This document shows positions 49,865 through 63,290 of a stretch of 64,000 nucleotides of DNA, piece after piece. Origin of the DNA: Octopus sinensis (lineage: Eukaryota). Under the pieces are notes generated by a model, which searched no databases, was not told the DNA's origin, and saw nothing but the letters and a program-made list of their open reading frames with translations. Numbering within the stretch: position 1 is the stretch's first letter; each line of letters opens with the position of its first letter. The stretch spans positions 48,546,001 through 48,610,000 of the forward strand of contig NC_043004.1 of the NCBI RefSeq assembly GCF_006345805.1. Direction: 5' to 3'. The position numbers and the translations under genes are program-made.

Positions 49865-52800
49865 CCCACCTAAATGACCGTCATTTAGAGGCTGCATGGA
49901 AAATCAGAGACTTCACTGCCATTTGCACTGATTGGGCAGGCCAAAGAAAGGGTGGAGTTGCTGTTTTCCTCCATGATTCTTTCAGCACAGATGCCAAGGA
50001 TTTTTTCTCCAATGGCTACTGCGAATCAGTCTCTGTTCACAACAAGGGTAAAGACCTGTGTCATTGAGCTCTACAGCCTCCCCCACCCCCCAAGTACCCT
50101 TACATTATATCCAAGAGTGCCTTGAGAAGATCAAATCTTTCCTCCTGCAATGTAACACAGGAACTATTCTGATGATGGGCAACTTCAACCTGCCCTCTGT
50201 AGATTGGTCCACTAATGTTGTTAGAGCAAGAACTTTCACCTCAAGCTCAGACAAAGCTGCAGTGGAGTTACTTTTCAAATTTATGGGTAATTTGTTTCCT
50301 ATCACAACTCATCCGTGGACCAACCAGAAACAACCAAAGTGTCTTGGATCTAGTGCTAAGCAATCATGCAAACACTATCCATAACATCACAATGGAAAAA
50401 AACCTTCCTATCCGAGCATGACATAGTATGCTGTAACCTCAATCAGCATCATCCAAAGATTTGGCAAAAATCAAACTCCAGTGCAGCCATTTGATAATAT
50501 GAATTTACACAAGTCAAATTAGAGTGCGATCACTCAAGACTTATCACAAATGGACTGGTCCCTCACCCTTGTTTCCTCCAATAGTACAATAAACACAAAT
50601 GCATGGCAACTATTTGAGGACACAGTCACCCATATATGCTCAAAACACACACCCTCTTGATTCATAAATAACAATAGATGCAAGATTCCAAAATAGAGAA
50701 AAGTGATCATCATGAGAATAAAAAGAATAAACCAAAAAATCAATGCTCCAAAATAGCACCATCTAAAATACTCCCAAAATACCTGCAATCAAGAACATTA
50801 ACAACCTCGTAATAAAAGAAGCAACAACTGTATGAGAACCTTCATAAATGACCAAAGAACTGCAGAGGAAGCCTGGGCTATTAAAAGCATCAAGAATAAT
50901 CCTAAAGTCTTTTACTCCTTTACAAAAACACATAGAACCACAATTTCCTCTATCGGCCCACTGGTTGACAGAAATGACATCCTTCACAGTGATGCCAAAA
51001 ACATGGCTGAGATCCTGCAAAGTCAATGTTGCTCTGTTTTCAGTGACCCTGATTCAATTGACTCAAGCAGCTTTGCTTCTTTGAATCCTCAACATGTCCT
51101 TTCCAACATAACCTTTGATGCCACCGATATCCCAGCTGCAATAAAAGAAATCAAACCTGATTCAGCAGTGGGTCCTGACAGGTTCCCTGCTTGAGTGCTG
51201 AAGGAATGCAGATAGCAACTTGCAGCTCCTCTTGCAAATCTCTGGAGGAAATTACTGGATGCCAGTTTTATCCCTCAAAATCTTCTCTCCTAGTCAGTCG
51301 TTCATATCTTTAAAAAAGCGAATGAATCACTCCCAGTAAACTACCATCCAGTCTCACTCACCTAACATATCATCAAAATATTTGAGAGAGTGTTGAGATC
51401 AAGAATAACAGCCTTCCTAGAAAAAATCATCTCCTAAATTGCAACTAGCATGGCTTTCATGGTAGGAGGAATTGTCTAACACAACTCCTCCACTACTTTG
51501 ATGACATCTTAAATGCACTAAGTGAGGGCTCCAACACTGATGTCGTATACCTTGATTTCAGCAAGACCTTTGACAGAGTCAACAATATACTGTCAAGGAA
51601 ACAAGATGGTGAGCAAGCAGAAATGTTAGCACACCGGGCGAAATACTTCGAAGTATTTTGCCTGTGTTTACATTCTGAGTTCAAATTCTGCTGAGGTCGA
51701 CTTTGCCTTTCATCCTTTCGGGGTTGATTAAATAAGTACCAGTTACGCACTGAGGTCAATGTAATCGACTTAATCCCTTTGTCTCTCCTTGCTTGTCCCC
51801 TCTATGTTTAGCCTCCTGGGGGCAATAAAGAAATAAATATACTGTTACAGAAACTATTCCATGTTGGAGTCAGTGGAAAGCTATTTCAATGGATTAGGTA
51901 TTTCCTAACAAACAGGACCCAGGATATGGTTAATGCCATCCACTCAAGACCAGCAAAAGTCATCAGTGGAGTCCCGCAGAGCAATGTGCTGGGTCCACTT
52001 CTTTTTATTGTCTATATCAATGACATTGCAGATTCCATTGAACATAGCACCATAAAAATATTTGCAGATGACTCTAAGCTCCAGAAAGTCATTAAGGGAG
52101 CATATGAGCAAACAATGTTTCAATCGGACCTATGCACAGTATCCCAGTGGGCATAAAAAAAAAATATGCAGTTGAACAAGGAAAAATTTGAGCTCATCCA
52201 CTTTGGAAAAAAGGGCACACTCAAACAACCATATTCACTACCGTCGGGAGACCTACTTGAACCGTTGGATAATATCAGAAACTTAGATGTAGCTGTCGAC
52301 AGCAACCTTAACTGGAGTGTGCACCTCAACAAAAAAGTTGATGTTGCCCACAGAATGTACTTATGGATCCTCAGAACTTTTCAATCTAGGGATCATGAAA
52401 CCATCATTCTTCTCTTCTCCACATTTGCTAGGCCCCCACCTTGAATACTGCTGCCCATTGTGGTCTCCCTACAAAAAGAAAGACATAATGAGGATCGAAG
52501 TGCCACAAAGATCAATCACTAAAAAAATAAATGGCATAGTGGGACTTGATTATTGGGCTTGACTGAAACTCTATTCTCTGCAACACCGCCATGAGCGATG
52601 CATTATTTGCACCATGTGGAAAATATTCCACCAGTGTTATCCAAATGATATTGGTATCATCTTTACAATTAACCCAGGACTAGGCCCCCATGCAATGCAT
52701 CCCCTACAAAGGTCAAGATCACATCACATAAGAACATTGCGACACAGTTTCTTCACTGCAAATGGTCCTGCTCTTTTCAATGTTATCCCAAAAGAAATTA

Positions 52801-52990
52801 AAGTAGAAAAAGACCCCACGACTTTCAAACAGTACCTGGACAAATTCCTCCAGGAAATACTGGATAAATCACCTACACCTGGATACATCTCAGCCAACAA
52901 CAATTCTCTGCTTGAGTGGTCCATGGTGTCCTGAAATAATTGACTAAAAGACTTTTCCAGGTGGTGCTATTGAGTTAGTCATGGCCTGGG
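49865..52990 (+). mobile_element. CR1/L2-group LINE, degenerate ORF2 (endonuclease plus RT)
   Basis: MGNFNLPSVDW, SVLDLVL, SAVGPDRFPA, YLDFSKTFDRV, GVPQSNVLGPLLF, FADDSKL, HLEYCCPLWSP; many stops. Confidence 0.9.
51594..51835 (+). mobile_element. SINE family B nested in the LINE RT with 10-bp TSD
   Basis: AATATACTGT at 51584-51593 and 51836-51845. Confidence 0.85.
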
Positions 52991-53416
52991 CCGATAATGG
53001 CCAAAACCAATCTAAGTTATACATACATATATATAAGTGTGTGATGGGCTTCTTTCAGTTTCTGTCTACCAAATCCACTCAAGGCTTTGGTTGGCCCAAG
53101 GCTACAGTAGAAGACACTAGCCTGAAGTGGCACACAGTGGGGCAGAACACAATCATGTAGGGAAGCAAGCTTCTTACTACACAGCTATGCTTGCGTCTGT
53201 TATTAAATGTTACTAATGTTATATTGGTAATATTTATAGTATTTACTTTTACAGGAACTAATACCAAGCATTGTGTAGCGTAATTTGTAATGCAGTCACC
53301 CAGCAACTGCTATATACATACATTGTTCAAGTTCTGTTAGAGTTCCTGTTGTTTTTTTTATAGTAAAATTAATACTTATATCATCTTATATAATTTTAAA
53401 ATCTTATAGCAATTAA

Positions 53417-53632
53417 CCCTTTTAAACCAGCCATATCTCTCCAAAATATTCGACTTGTTTTATGTTAAAACCAGCCAGATCCAGCCTCTCTCACCTACCC
53501 TACAATGTCATTCGAAAAATCAACAATTACATCATTAAAATCTCAAAGCTACCAGATAATGTATGATTAATTCAAAACAAAATGGGAATAAATAAGCATT
53601 GCATTTGACAGAGTAATCTGAATGCTAAAGGA
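53417..53632. mobile_element. piggyBac-type MITE (same family as 5427-5646)
   Basis: ttaa-ccctttt ... aatgctaaagga; shared cacctaccctacaatgtcattc body. Confidence 0.7.
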
Positions 53633-53735
53633 TTAGAATCTTAAAATCTATTAAAATATTAACTGTTAATTTACATAAATTCACATATACATATATCTAT
53701 CTATCTATATCTATATCTCTCTTTCTATCTCTATT

Positions 53736-53787
<52 letters not shown>

Positions 53788-54509
53788 ATGTATGTATGTA
53801 TGTATTTATGTATGTATGTATGTATGTATGTATGTATGTATGTATGTATGTATGTATGTAGTATGTATGTATGTATATTAATCAAAACTAATTAGATACT
53901 CAACTATGATCTTAATGAGACCATAATTGATTAAGAAAAATTATTCTTTTACTTAACTCACTTTACAACTAACTACTGGCCTACTGGTTTACTGTAACAC
54001 TCTCTATCTCAACATCTCCCTGCCACTCTCTCGCTCCTCTTTCTCTGTCTCCCCCTCTTTCTCTTTTTCTTTCTTTCTTTCCCTCTCTCTCTCTCTTTTC
54101 TGTTACTGACTGTACTAGCCTGATTTTTTTTTTTTACCAAACTTAAAGACTTCTTATACCACTTAATGTTAAGTAACGTTTGGTACCCTTCGTTATTTAT
54201 CCTTGTAGTAGGAATGTTGTGGAGTTGCAACCACTTAAATGAAGTGCCAGTGGTAAATGAAGTTGAAAGTGTGGCTTTAATGTGAATAAGTTAACATGTA
54301 AAAATACGCTAACGACGTCATATTGGTGGTTGTTGGCGACAATTATATATTTCAGAGCAAATCCTGAATGGTGTGACAAACTAAATTTAATATGGAATTG
54401 ATGAAAATTGAAATTCTATATGATGTTGAAATAGTTTTAGGCAATCTGTTATCCTATTTTCAAAGGATTACCTAGACATTTTCAATCTTATGACCATTGT
54501 ATTTACATA

Positions 54510-54657
54510 GGTGCAGGCATGGCTGCATGGTTAAGAAGTTTGCCTTTCAATTGTGCTGTATCAGGTTCAGTCCCACTGCACAACACCTTGGGCAAGTGTC
54601 TTCTATAGTCCACCATATACATAGCCCATGATATGCTTTCACACATGCACACACACA

Positions 54658-54706
<49 letters not shown>

Positions 54707-54930
54707 ATGTGTATGTATACATATATATATTTTTAAATTTCTGTTTGTCTTCCATCTTTTGGCAATTAGGTGTCGGTTTGTTTGCATCTCCATAACTTAG
54801 CAATTCAGCAAGAATATAATGACAGAATAAATACTAGACTTAAAATAAATCCTGCTGTTGCTTTGTCCACTAAATTCTTCAAAGTGATACCCCAGCATGA
54901 CCACAGTCCAATGACTGAAACAAGTTTTAA
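54510..54930 (+). mobile_element. SINE family A with internal (CA)n
   Basis: aggtgcaggcatggctgcatggttaag...ggttcagtcccactg...gactgaaacaag. Confidence 0.75.
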
Positions 54931-55323
54931 AAAATAATAGAATATATTTCTAGGATCAATACAGTTTGTGACTGATACATTATCCAGAGGTCCAGATGTA
55001 GACAAACTAGTTTGAACTAACTTTATAATAGATAATTATTTCTCCAGTTGATCGAATTTCCAAAGACTTCCATTCTTTTCTCGCCATATTTCTGTTAAGA
55101 TATATTGCATTTGTTACAATTAATTTTAAATAATGAAGAATCTAGTAATGTAACTTTGTCGTTATTAAACTAGTGTCTGGAACATAAATTTGCATGAAAT
55201 TTTAAAGGGAGATTTTTAGATTACTTTAAAGAAGATGGTTCATGTCATAGTACTAAGCGTGGTCTCAAGGGAGATTGGTATCAAAAGACTAAATGGGATA
55301 AAAAACTTTAACCTTCAGATTAA

Positions 55324-55527
55324 CCCTTTTGTTGCCATATTTCTATTGAAATACACTGCCTTTGTCTCTATTTTTAAAATATCAAAGAATTTTTTAAATA
55401 ACTTTGTCGTTATTAAGCTGCTATTTGGAGTATAATTTAGCATGGAATTTTGATGGAACGCTTTATTTTAGATCATTTGAATTTCATAGAACCATATGCG
55501 ATCTCAGTCAGGTTGGTATCAAAAGGG
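55324..55527. mobile_element. piggyBac-type MITE (second family, best copy)
   Basis: TTAA at 55320-55323 and 55528-55531; TIR CCCTTTTGTTGCCA / TGGTATCAAAAGGG. Confidence 0.8.
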
Positions 55528-55930
55528 TTAAAGCCTGAGATACTTATATGAACAATGCTGGGGTTGTTAACTGCTCTTTTGTGTGAAGGAGAATTGTTCT
55601 GTGATTCTAAAACTGGCTTAGACTGACTTCATCTGTAAAATCTTGGAGATTAATTCCAGTCAAAGAAACTACATTATTAAATACAGTTTTCAGAAATATC
55701 TCTTCATAGTTCACTTTCATCTCAGTGTTTGGCTTTTATTTTTTCTTCTCTTTCTTCTTTTCTTTTCCTTTTTTTTTTCTTTGTTTAATTCCTCTGTTTT
55801 ATTTCTGGGTTCAGACAAACTTTATTACTCCTCACCTCCTCCTTAAAAAATATATGAGTCTAAGCTATCGGATTAACTAAATATAGCCAAGGATCATATC
55901 TGATATAAAGAAAAACTTAATAAAAGGATA

Positions 55931-56000
<70 letters not shown>

Positions 56001-56989
56001 GAGCTTGAAATGAAGGTCAACTTTAGAGCCATCCAAGCAATTATATTTTACAAATATAGTTGAAAGATCAATAGATCAGTTCGGAAAAAGGGAAAAAAAA
56101 ACTAACATTATTTCTTGAAATAGATGCAGAAATGGAGCAATTGTGCAAAGAAAACATTGTAATACAGAAAACATAATTCTATATAGACAGACATATAGGC
56201 AGGCTTATTGTTATGTGTAATATAGAGATTTGGATTAAAGATAAAACTGGTCATGTTTTGTTATTTCATTACAAATGTAGCTTTAGAGATCTTACTATTT
56301 TCAGTTTTCTCTATGGTGAATTGGAATATTGCAGTATAGCTTTATTGCTATATTGCAAGTTGTTATTGTTGCCTATATAGCTAGCTTAACACTTAACAAG
56401 CTCATGACAGGGCCTCTATGAGGTTGCTCAATCTGCTAGAAATAGCTATCGAATCATCCTCAAATCATGCAGCTCCATCTAAAAAAAGGATACATTGGAT
56501 TTTACAGTCCCATGTATCTAGATCCCTAAAATATAGAATGGTCACAGCTGGAATACTGTCTTTCATCATATTGACCTGGGGTTCAAATCTCCCTCTTCCT
56601 CAAAGAAACCCCAACTTATATCATCTCAGTTTCTACCTAAAAATTCCACCCATTCAACTCTACTCCCCAATTTCCATTCCATTTATACATGTATGTGTGT
56701 TTGTGCATGTGTGTGTGTGTATGCATGTATGTGTGTGTATCATCATCATCATTTAACATTTGTCATTCATGCTGGCATGGGTTGGACAGTTTGAGCAGAG
56801 CTGGCAAGCTGTAGAGCTGCACCAGATTCCAGTTTGATTAGGTACGGTTTCTATAGTTGGATGCCCTTCTTAATGCCATCCACTTTACAGAGTATGCTGG
56901 GTGCTTTTACGTGGCACCACATGGACGCTTTTACATGGCACGGCATTGCACAAGAACTTTATGTGACACTGCCACGAGAACTTTGAGTC

Positions 56990-57426
56990 ACCAAAGGGAT
57001 TGGTCTTAACACTTCCATTGAGGAGTATGGGTCTTCTTGAGCACAGCAAGGTGCCAGGTATCTTGGTCCTTTGTCATCTCACCTGAAAGGTTCAGTGTCC
57101 TGAGATCATTCCTCAGTACTTCATTCCATGTCTTCCTAGGTCTCCCACTTTCATGTGTTCCATTTTTTTTGAGAGATCAGCACTTCTTTATGGCACTATC
57201 TGCATCCATCCACATCACATGACCAAACCAATGCAGTCTTCTCTCTTGCACACAGCAACTAATTCCTCTTATGCCTAACCTCTCTCAAAACATTAGTACA
57301 CTGTCAAACATGTACACTTACATTACACATCCAGCAGAGCAAACTAGCCTCATTCCTTTCTAATTTTTTCATGTCCTCTGCATTCAGGGCCCACATCTCA
57401 CTTCCATGTAGAATTGATGTCTGTAT

Positions 57427-57461
<35 letters not shown>

Positions 57462-59077
57462 GTATATCATCATCATTATCATCCTCATCATCATACTCAT
57501 CATCATCATTGACAATTTGACTGGGCTGGCATTCTGGAAGGCTGCACTAGACTCCAGTCTGATTTGGCATGGTTTTCTGCAGCTGGATGCCCTTCCAAAT
57601 GTCAACCACTCTGAGAGTGTAATGGGTGCCATTTGTGTGACACCAGTATCTGCCATGACTGTAATTTTGCTTGGATTGATGGGTCTTCTCCTCAAGCGCA
57701 ACATTATGCCAAAGGTCTTGGTTATTGCCTCCATAAAGCCCAATACTCAAAAGAAACTTAGCCACTTTGCCTCTGTGAAGCTCGACATTCAGAAAATATT
57801 CTTTATATGCCACCAGGATGGATGCACTTGGCTTGGCAAGTCCTCTCAAACACAGCACATTGTTTAGGTCTCACTCACCAGTAATTGCCACTGTGAGGCA
57901 ATGACTTCCTGGGTATATCCTGGGTAGACTATCCTGGGTCTACCTCTACTACAGGTTCCCTCCACAGTTAGAGATCTTTACACAGCTTTCCTCATCCATA
58001 TGCATCACATGACCATACCAGCACAATCGTATCTCTTGCACACCACATCTGATGCCTAACTTTTCTCTCAAGGTGCTCACACTGTTGAACATGCACACTG
58101 ACATTGCACATCCAGCAAAGCATACTGGCTTCATTTCTTTCAAGCTTACGCATATCCTCAGCTGTTTGGACACAGACATCAAACAATCTGCTTTTACTTT
58201 GAGAGAGAGGCCCTTTGTTGCCAACAGGGGTAGGAGCTCTCTGAACTTTTCCAAGCCTAATCTTATTCTCACAGCTACACACTTGGAGCATCCACAACTA
58301 ACTTGGTCACCTAGATAATAGAAGCTATCTACTACCTCTAACTTGCCCCCCTTGCATTTAATGGAGTCTATTTTTTGCACATTTTCAGCATTTATTGCAC
58401 CTGTACACCTTCCACATACAAAAGTTAGTTTCCCTATTAACCTTCCACTGATGTTACTGCACCTTTCATGTATTCAAAGCTTACACTGGATGCATCTTAT
58501 GAAATTTCTACCTACACCTTTTCTACAGTGTTCGGTTTCCTACTTACTATGACTTTGGTTTTTGCTAGGTTAACTCTAAGGCACTTTGATTCTAGACCTT
58601 GCTTCATACCTGGAACTTCTCTAGTTCAAGTAGTGATTCAGCTATTAGAGCAAGGTCATCAGCATAGAGGAGCTCTCAGGGGCACCTTGTCTTGAATTCC
58701 TCTGTTATTGCTTGGAGAACTATGATGATCAAGAGGGGGATGAGCACCGATCCTTGGAGAACCTCCACTTGTACCCTGAATTCGTTGCTGTACTCATTGC
58801 CCACCCTCACCTTATAGGTAGCATCCCTCTACAAGGCTTGCACAGCTCTCACCAAACCACTCGTCTATCCCTAGTTTCAACATTGACCACCAGATAAAGG
58901 ATTGGGGGACCCTGTCAAAGCTTTCTCTAAGTCAACAAAAGCCAATTACCGAGGTTTATCTTTGGCTAGGTATTTCTCCTGCAGTTGCCTTACCAGAAAT
59001 ATAGCATCAGTGGTCCTTCTACCTGGCACAAAACCAAACTGCACCTCATCTAGACTAACCCTCTCCCTAATTAGTTG
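56990..59077 (-). mobile_element. Two adjacent RTE LINE remnants (56990-57405 3' piece; 57670-59077 RT to 3'UTR)
   Basis: RERVSLDEVQFGFVPGRRTTDAIF, KLEVVDSFYYLGD, RLCWYGHVMHM. Confidence 0.8.
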
Positions 59078-59245
59078 GGATATATATATATTTATATATA
59101 TATATATTTATATATATATGAAAAGAGAGAGAGAGGGAGAAAGAGTAATAGTTTGTGAAGTTACAGGGATGTAAACACATCAATACCGGTTATCAAGTGG
59201 GGGTGGAGAATAAACATAGACATGCATATGTGTATATACATACAT

Positions 59246-59282
<37 letters not shown>

Positions 59283-59915
59283 GTAATTCCTTGCCATATC
59301 ACAATTCACCTATCATGGTTTATTATTTAAGCTTACATTGATTCCTTTGTGGTGTTGTTTTGCATTTATAATAAAATAGATATATACAAATTATAAAAAT
59401 GATTAAAAAATATACCGTACAGTACTGTTTCTACTTCACTGACTTTCACCTATCGCAGGGGGTTCTGGAATGTAACACCCACAATAGTCAAGAGATTACT
59501 GTATATATATTTATATATATGTATATATAATTGGATTCTTTCATTTTCCATCTACCAAATTCCCTCACATTGGTTGGCTCAAGGCTGTAGTAGAACACAT
59601 TTTCCCAAGGTGTCACACTGGGATTGAACCTAGAACCATGTGGTTGGGAAACAAATGTCTTACCAGGCAGCCACATCTGTGCAGATTTTTTTTTTTTTTT
59701 TTTTGGTAGAGAGTAGCATTGGATAGAATTTTTAGTCAGGGTTTGGCTATATAGCACAGTTGTGGTTGCATAGAAAGAAGTTTGCCTCCCAACCACATGG
59801 TTTTGGGTTCAGTCCTACTGCATGGCACCTTGGGAAAGTTCTTATGCTATAACTCCTGCCCAGCCAAAGCCTTGTGAGTAGATTTTGGTAAATGCACACT
59901 GAAAGAAACCCATCA

Positions 59916-59997
59916 TGTATGTATGTGTGTGTGTGTGTGTGTATGTGTATGTATGTATGTATGCATGTATGTATGTATGTATGTATGTATGTATGTA

Positions 59998-60031
<34 letters not shown>

Positions 60032-60061
60032 CATGTATGTATGTATGTATGTATGTATGTA

Positions 60062-60092
<31 letters not shown>

Positions 60093-60240
60093 ATCATGTG
60101 TGTATGTATGTATGTATGTATGTGTGTGTGTATGTATGTATGTATGTATGTATGTATCATGTGTGTATGTATGTATGTATGTATGTATGTATGTATGTAT
60201 GTATGTATGTATGTATGTATGTATGTACATATGTACATAC
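59916..60240. repeat. (TATG)n/(TG)n compound microsatellite
   Basis: Direct inspection; source of MYVC/HTYI ORFs. Confidence 0.95.
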
Positions 60241-60684
60241 ATATTTATGTTCTCTTTCTCTTTCTCATTTAAAGTAAATTTTGACCAGCCACCTACTTGA
60301 TAGCATGGTTTGAAGGAAAGCATCTTGTTTTAACCATCATCCTTTAAATCATAAGAAGATTGCATGTATATATGTATATGTGTGTGTGTGCATGTGTGTA
60401 TGTCTGTGTGTCTGTACTATCTTCTTGCCTTGACATTGTGTAATAGTTGCAAAATGAATGTCACCATTGTGTAAATAGGTGTCTTTCATTTCCAATCTTC
60501 CATGAAAACATGTCTCGTCATGGGAAATATTACCTTCCTTAGAAAGGGGTGAGGATAGCCAACAGGAAGTACATCCAGACATAGAAAATCCACTTAAATA
60601 AATTTTATCTGGTCCATGCAAGCATAGAAAAGTGTAGGATAAAACGACGAATCTTGATGCCTGGAAATAAATTCCTAACCTTAA

Positions 60685-61010
60685 CATCATCATCATCATC
60701 ATCGTTTAACGTCCGTTTTCCGTGCTAGCATGGGTTGGACGGTTCAACCGAGATCTGGGAAGCCAGAAGGCTGCACCAGGCTCCAGTCTGATCTGGCAGT
60801 GTTTCTACAGCTGGATGCCCTTCCTAATGCCAACCACTCCGTGAGTGTAGTGGGTGCTTTTTACGTGCCACTGGCACAGGTGCCAGGCGAGGCTGGCAAC
60901 GGCCACGATCGGTTGGTGCTTTTTACGTGCCACCAGCACAGAAGCCAGTCAAGGCAGCGCTGGCATCGGCCACGTTCGGATGGTGCTTTTTACGTGCCAC
61001 CGGCACAGGG
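60685..61010 (-). mobile_element. Family C copy with minisatellite
   Basis: (CAT)n then gggttggacgg... and three ggtgctttttacgtgcca units. Confidence 0.85.
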
Positions 61011-61814
61011 ATCATTTTATGAAACTTTCTTTTAACCAAAGTAACTAACAATATTTAACAATAACAACAGTATGAATATTAAAAAAAAAATTGCAGATCT
61101 AGCCAACCGTAAGCATAGAACAAAGAAGAAAGCATATTTAAAAATCACAAATGTTTCTCATCATCAATAACAACATATTGCCGTCAAGTTTGCTATGCCA
61201 TTATTCTAAATAAAGAATAAGAGCTTTGTCAGAATGCAATAATGCTCCACTGCTGTGTTGGAAGTTAATACTTTAACCAACTCTAATTTCTGCTAATGCC
61301 TTTACTAGAAAATCACTCAACACAGAATCTCATTACACACTTACTAAAACTGGCATTGGTATGTCAGATTGTTTTTAAGCAAACCTAATGTAATTAATAG
61401 AAATTCTTGAGGGCTGCATCATTGCTGCTAATTAGTGAAATTAATCGAGTCTAAATACAACCTGCTTTTAGAAGAAACTAAGACCTAAAACAACAAGTTA
61501 ATAATAATAATGATGATGATGATGACGACGACGATGATAACCTTATTATTACTTATTTTGAGGCTGACTTCTGTTTTTATTGTGGTATGTATTTTAATAA
61601 ACTTTCTATTTATCCTGTCCTGCTAACATATTGGTTTGATGTGCTGGAGGATATTCTGCCAAAGTGCATGCACACACATACATGTTCACACACACACACA
61701 CACGCGCATGCATGTACACACACGAATATTATGTATATATGTACATGATTACATATATCTATATGTGTGTGTGTGCATAAGTAAATTCACCCATCTATAT
61801 ACAAATGTTTGCTG

Positions 61815-61974
61815 GAACTGCATGGCTGTGTGGTAAGAAGCTTGCTTCCCAACCACATGGTTCCAGGTTCAGTCCTACTGTGTAGCACCTTGGGTGAGTC
61901 TCTTCTGCTATAGCCCTGGGCTGACCAAAGCCTTGTGAGTGGATTCGGTAGACAGAAACTGAAAGAAGCCCATC

Positions 61975-61975
<1 letters not shown>
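61815..61975 (+). mobile_element. SINE family A head
   Basis: catggctgtgtggtaagaagcttgcttcccaaccacatggttccaggttcagtcc...gaaactgaaagaagccc. Confidence 0.8.
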
Positions 61976-62009
<34 letters not shown>

Positions 62010-62216
62010 ATATACGTATAATGTAGGATAAAAGTTTTTCAAAAAAAAAATTTATCAATGGCCAGCATATTAAAAAAAATACCTTTAAAGGTTAAAATTA
62101 TAAACAACTTATAAATATGGGCAAACAAAAAAATTTCTAATGCCAAATATGCCGAAATTGGACATATTGTCCATAACCATATAATTATATTTTTTCGTTT
62201 GCCCTTATTTATAAGT

Positions 62217-62271
<55 letters not shown>

Positions 62272-63087
62272 GGGTTGAAGAAAACAATGGAAACTTTTGA
62301 AAGGAGCCACATAGAGATTTCCAAGGAGTTTACCATGGGAAGAAGGAATGAACAAAATGTTTTGCATCAACTAAGAACAAGTCCAAATCAACCATCAAAT
62401 TATTCTTTCTAATTTTAGCACAAGGCCAGCAATTTTGAGGTGAGGTGCTAAGTCCACTGACATCAACTAAATTACTTGACTGGTATTTATTTTATAGACG
62501 ACCCTGAAAGGATGAAATGCAAAGTTGACCTCAGCAGGAGCTGAAACCCGAACGTAAGAGCTGAGGTTAACCATGAATTAATATAAGCACACATTAAGAT
62601 ATGAATTGAGAAGGGGGCCAGTGCTGGATTTGCTATGGTACAAATGGTAGATAATTTCATTTTTTTTTTTAATGGATGAAAATGGTGATGAAAATTTGAA
62701 TTTTTCATTATCCTTGTAAATCTAAATGATTTGCCTGTATTTCTTGCTGTTATTTAATGTTAAATAAATAGAATTTTAAAAATGTGTTCTCCTTGATATT
62801 GTTGTGAGTTCTAGACTGGGGTATGATGACCTGGAAGTACAAGATCAAACCCAAATGCCGAAAGGATGTTGCTGCAGGCCCTACACTTAGCACCAAATCT
62901 GTGGTGATGGGGTCTGTATGCTAGAGACAGACAGGACAGTAGTAGAGAGTTATGGGAGGTGCAGTCTTGGCTTCCACTGTTATTCCTACCATCATCATTA
63001 CATATATGTGCTCCACCTTCAGTAGAATTTGTGAGTCCAGAATAAGACTGTCCAACCTTCAAAGATCTCGTTATTAAGGACATGAAA

Positions 63088-63290
63088 AGCAGTGAGCTGG
63101 CAGAATTGCTAGCATTCCAGGAAAAATGTTTAGTGGCATTTCATCTGTTTTCACGTTCTGAGTTCACCAATGTCAACTTTACCATTCATCTTTTCAGAGT
63201 CAATAAAATAAGTACCAGTTGAGTACTGGGGTTGATGTAATCAACTAGCCCACTTCCTGCCAAATTTCAGGCCTTGTACCTATTGCAGGA
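63088..63290 (+). mobile_element. SINE family B, diverged
   Basis: gcagtgagctggcagaattgctagc...ttctgagttc...taagtaccagttgagtactgggg. Confidence 0.7.

Noticed and set aside
53905-53950. cttaatgagaccataattgattaagaaaaatt resembling a Penelope hammerhead
   Set aside because: Core and stem II too mutated to fold; at best a fossil.
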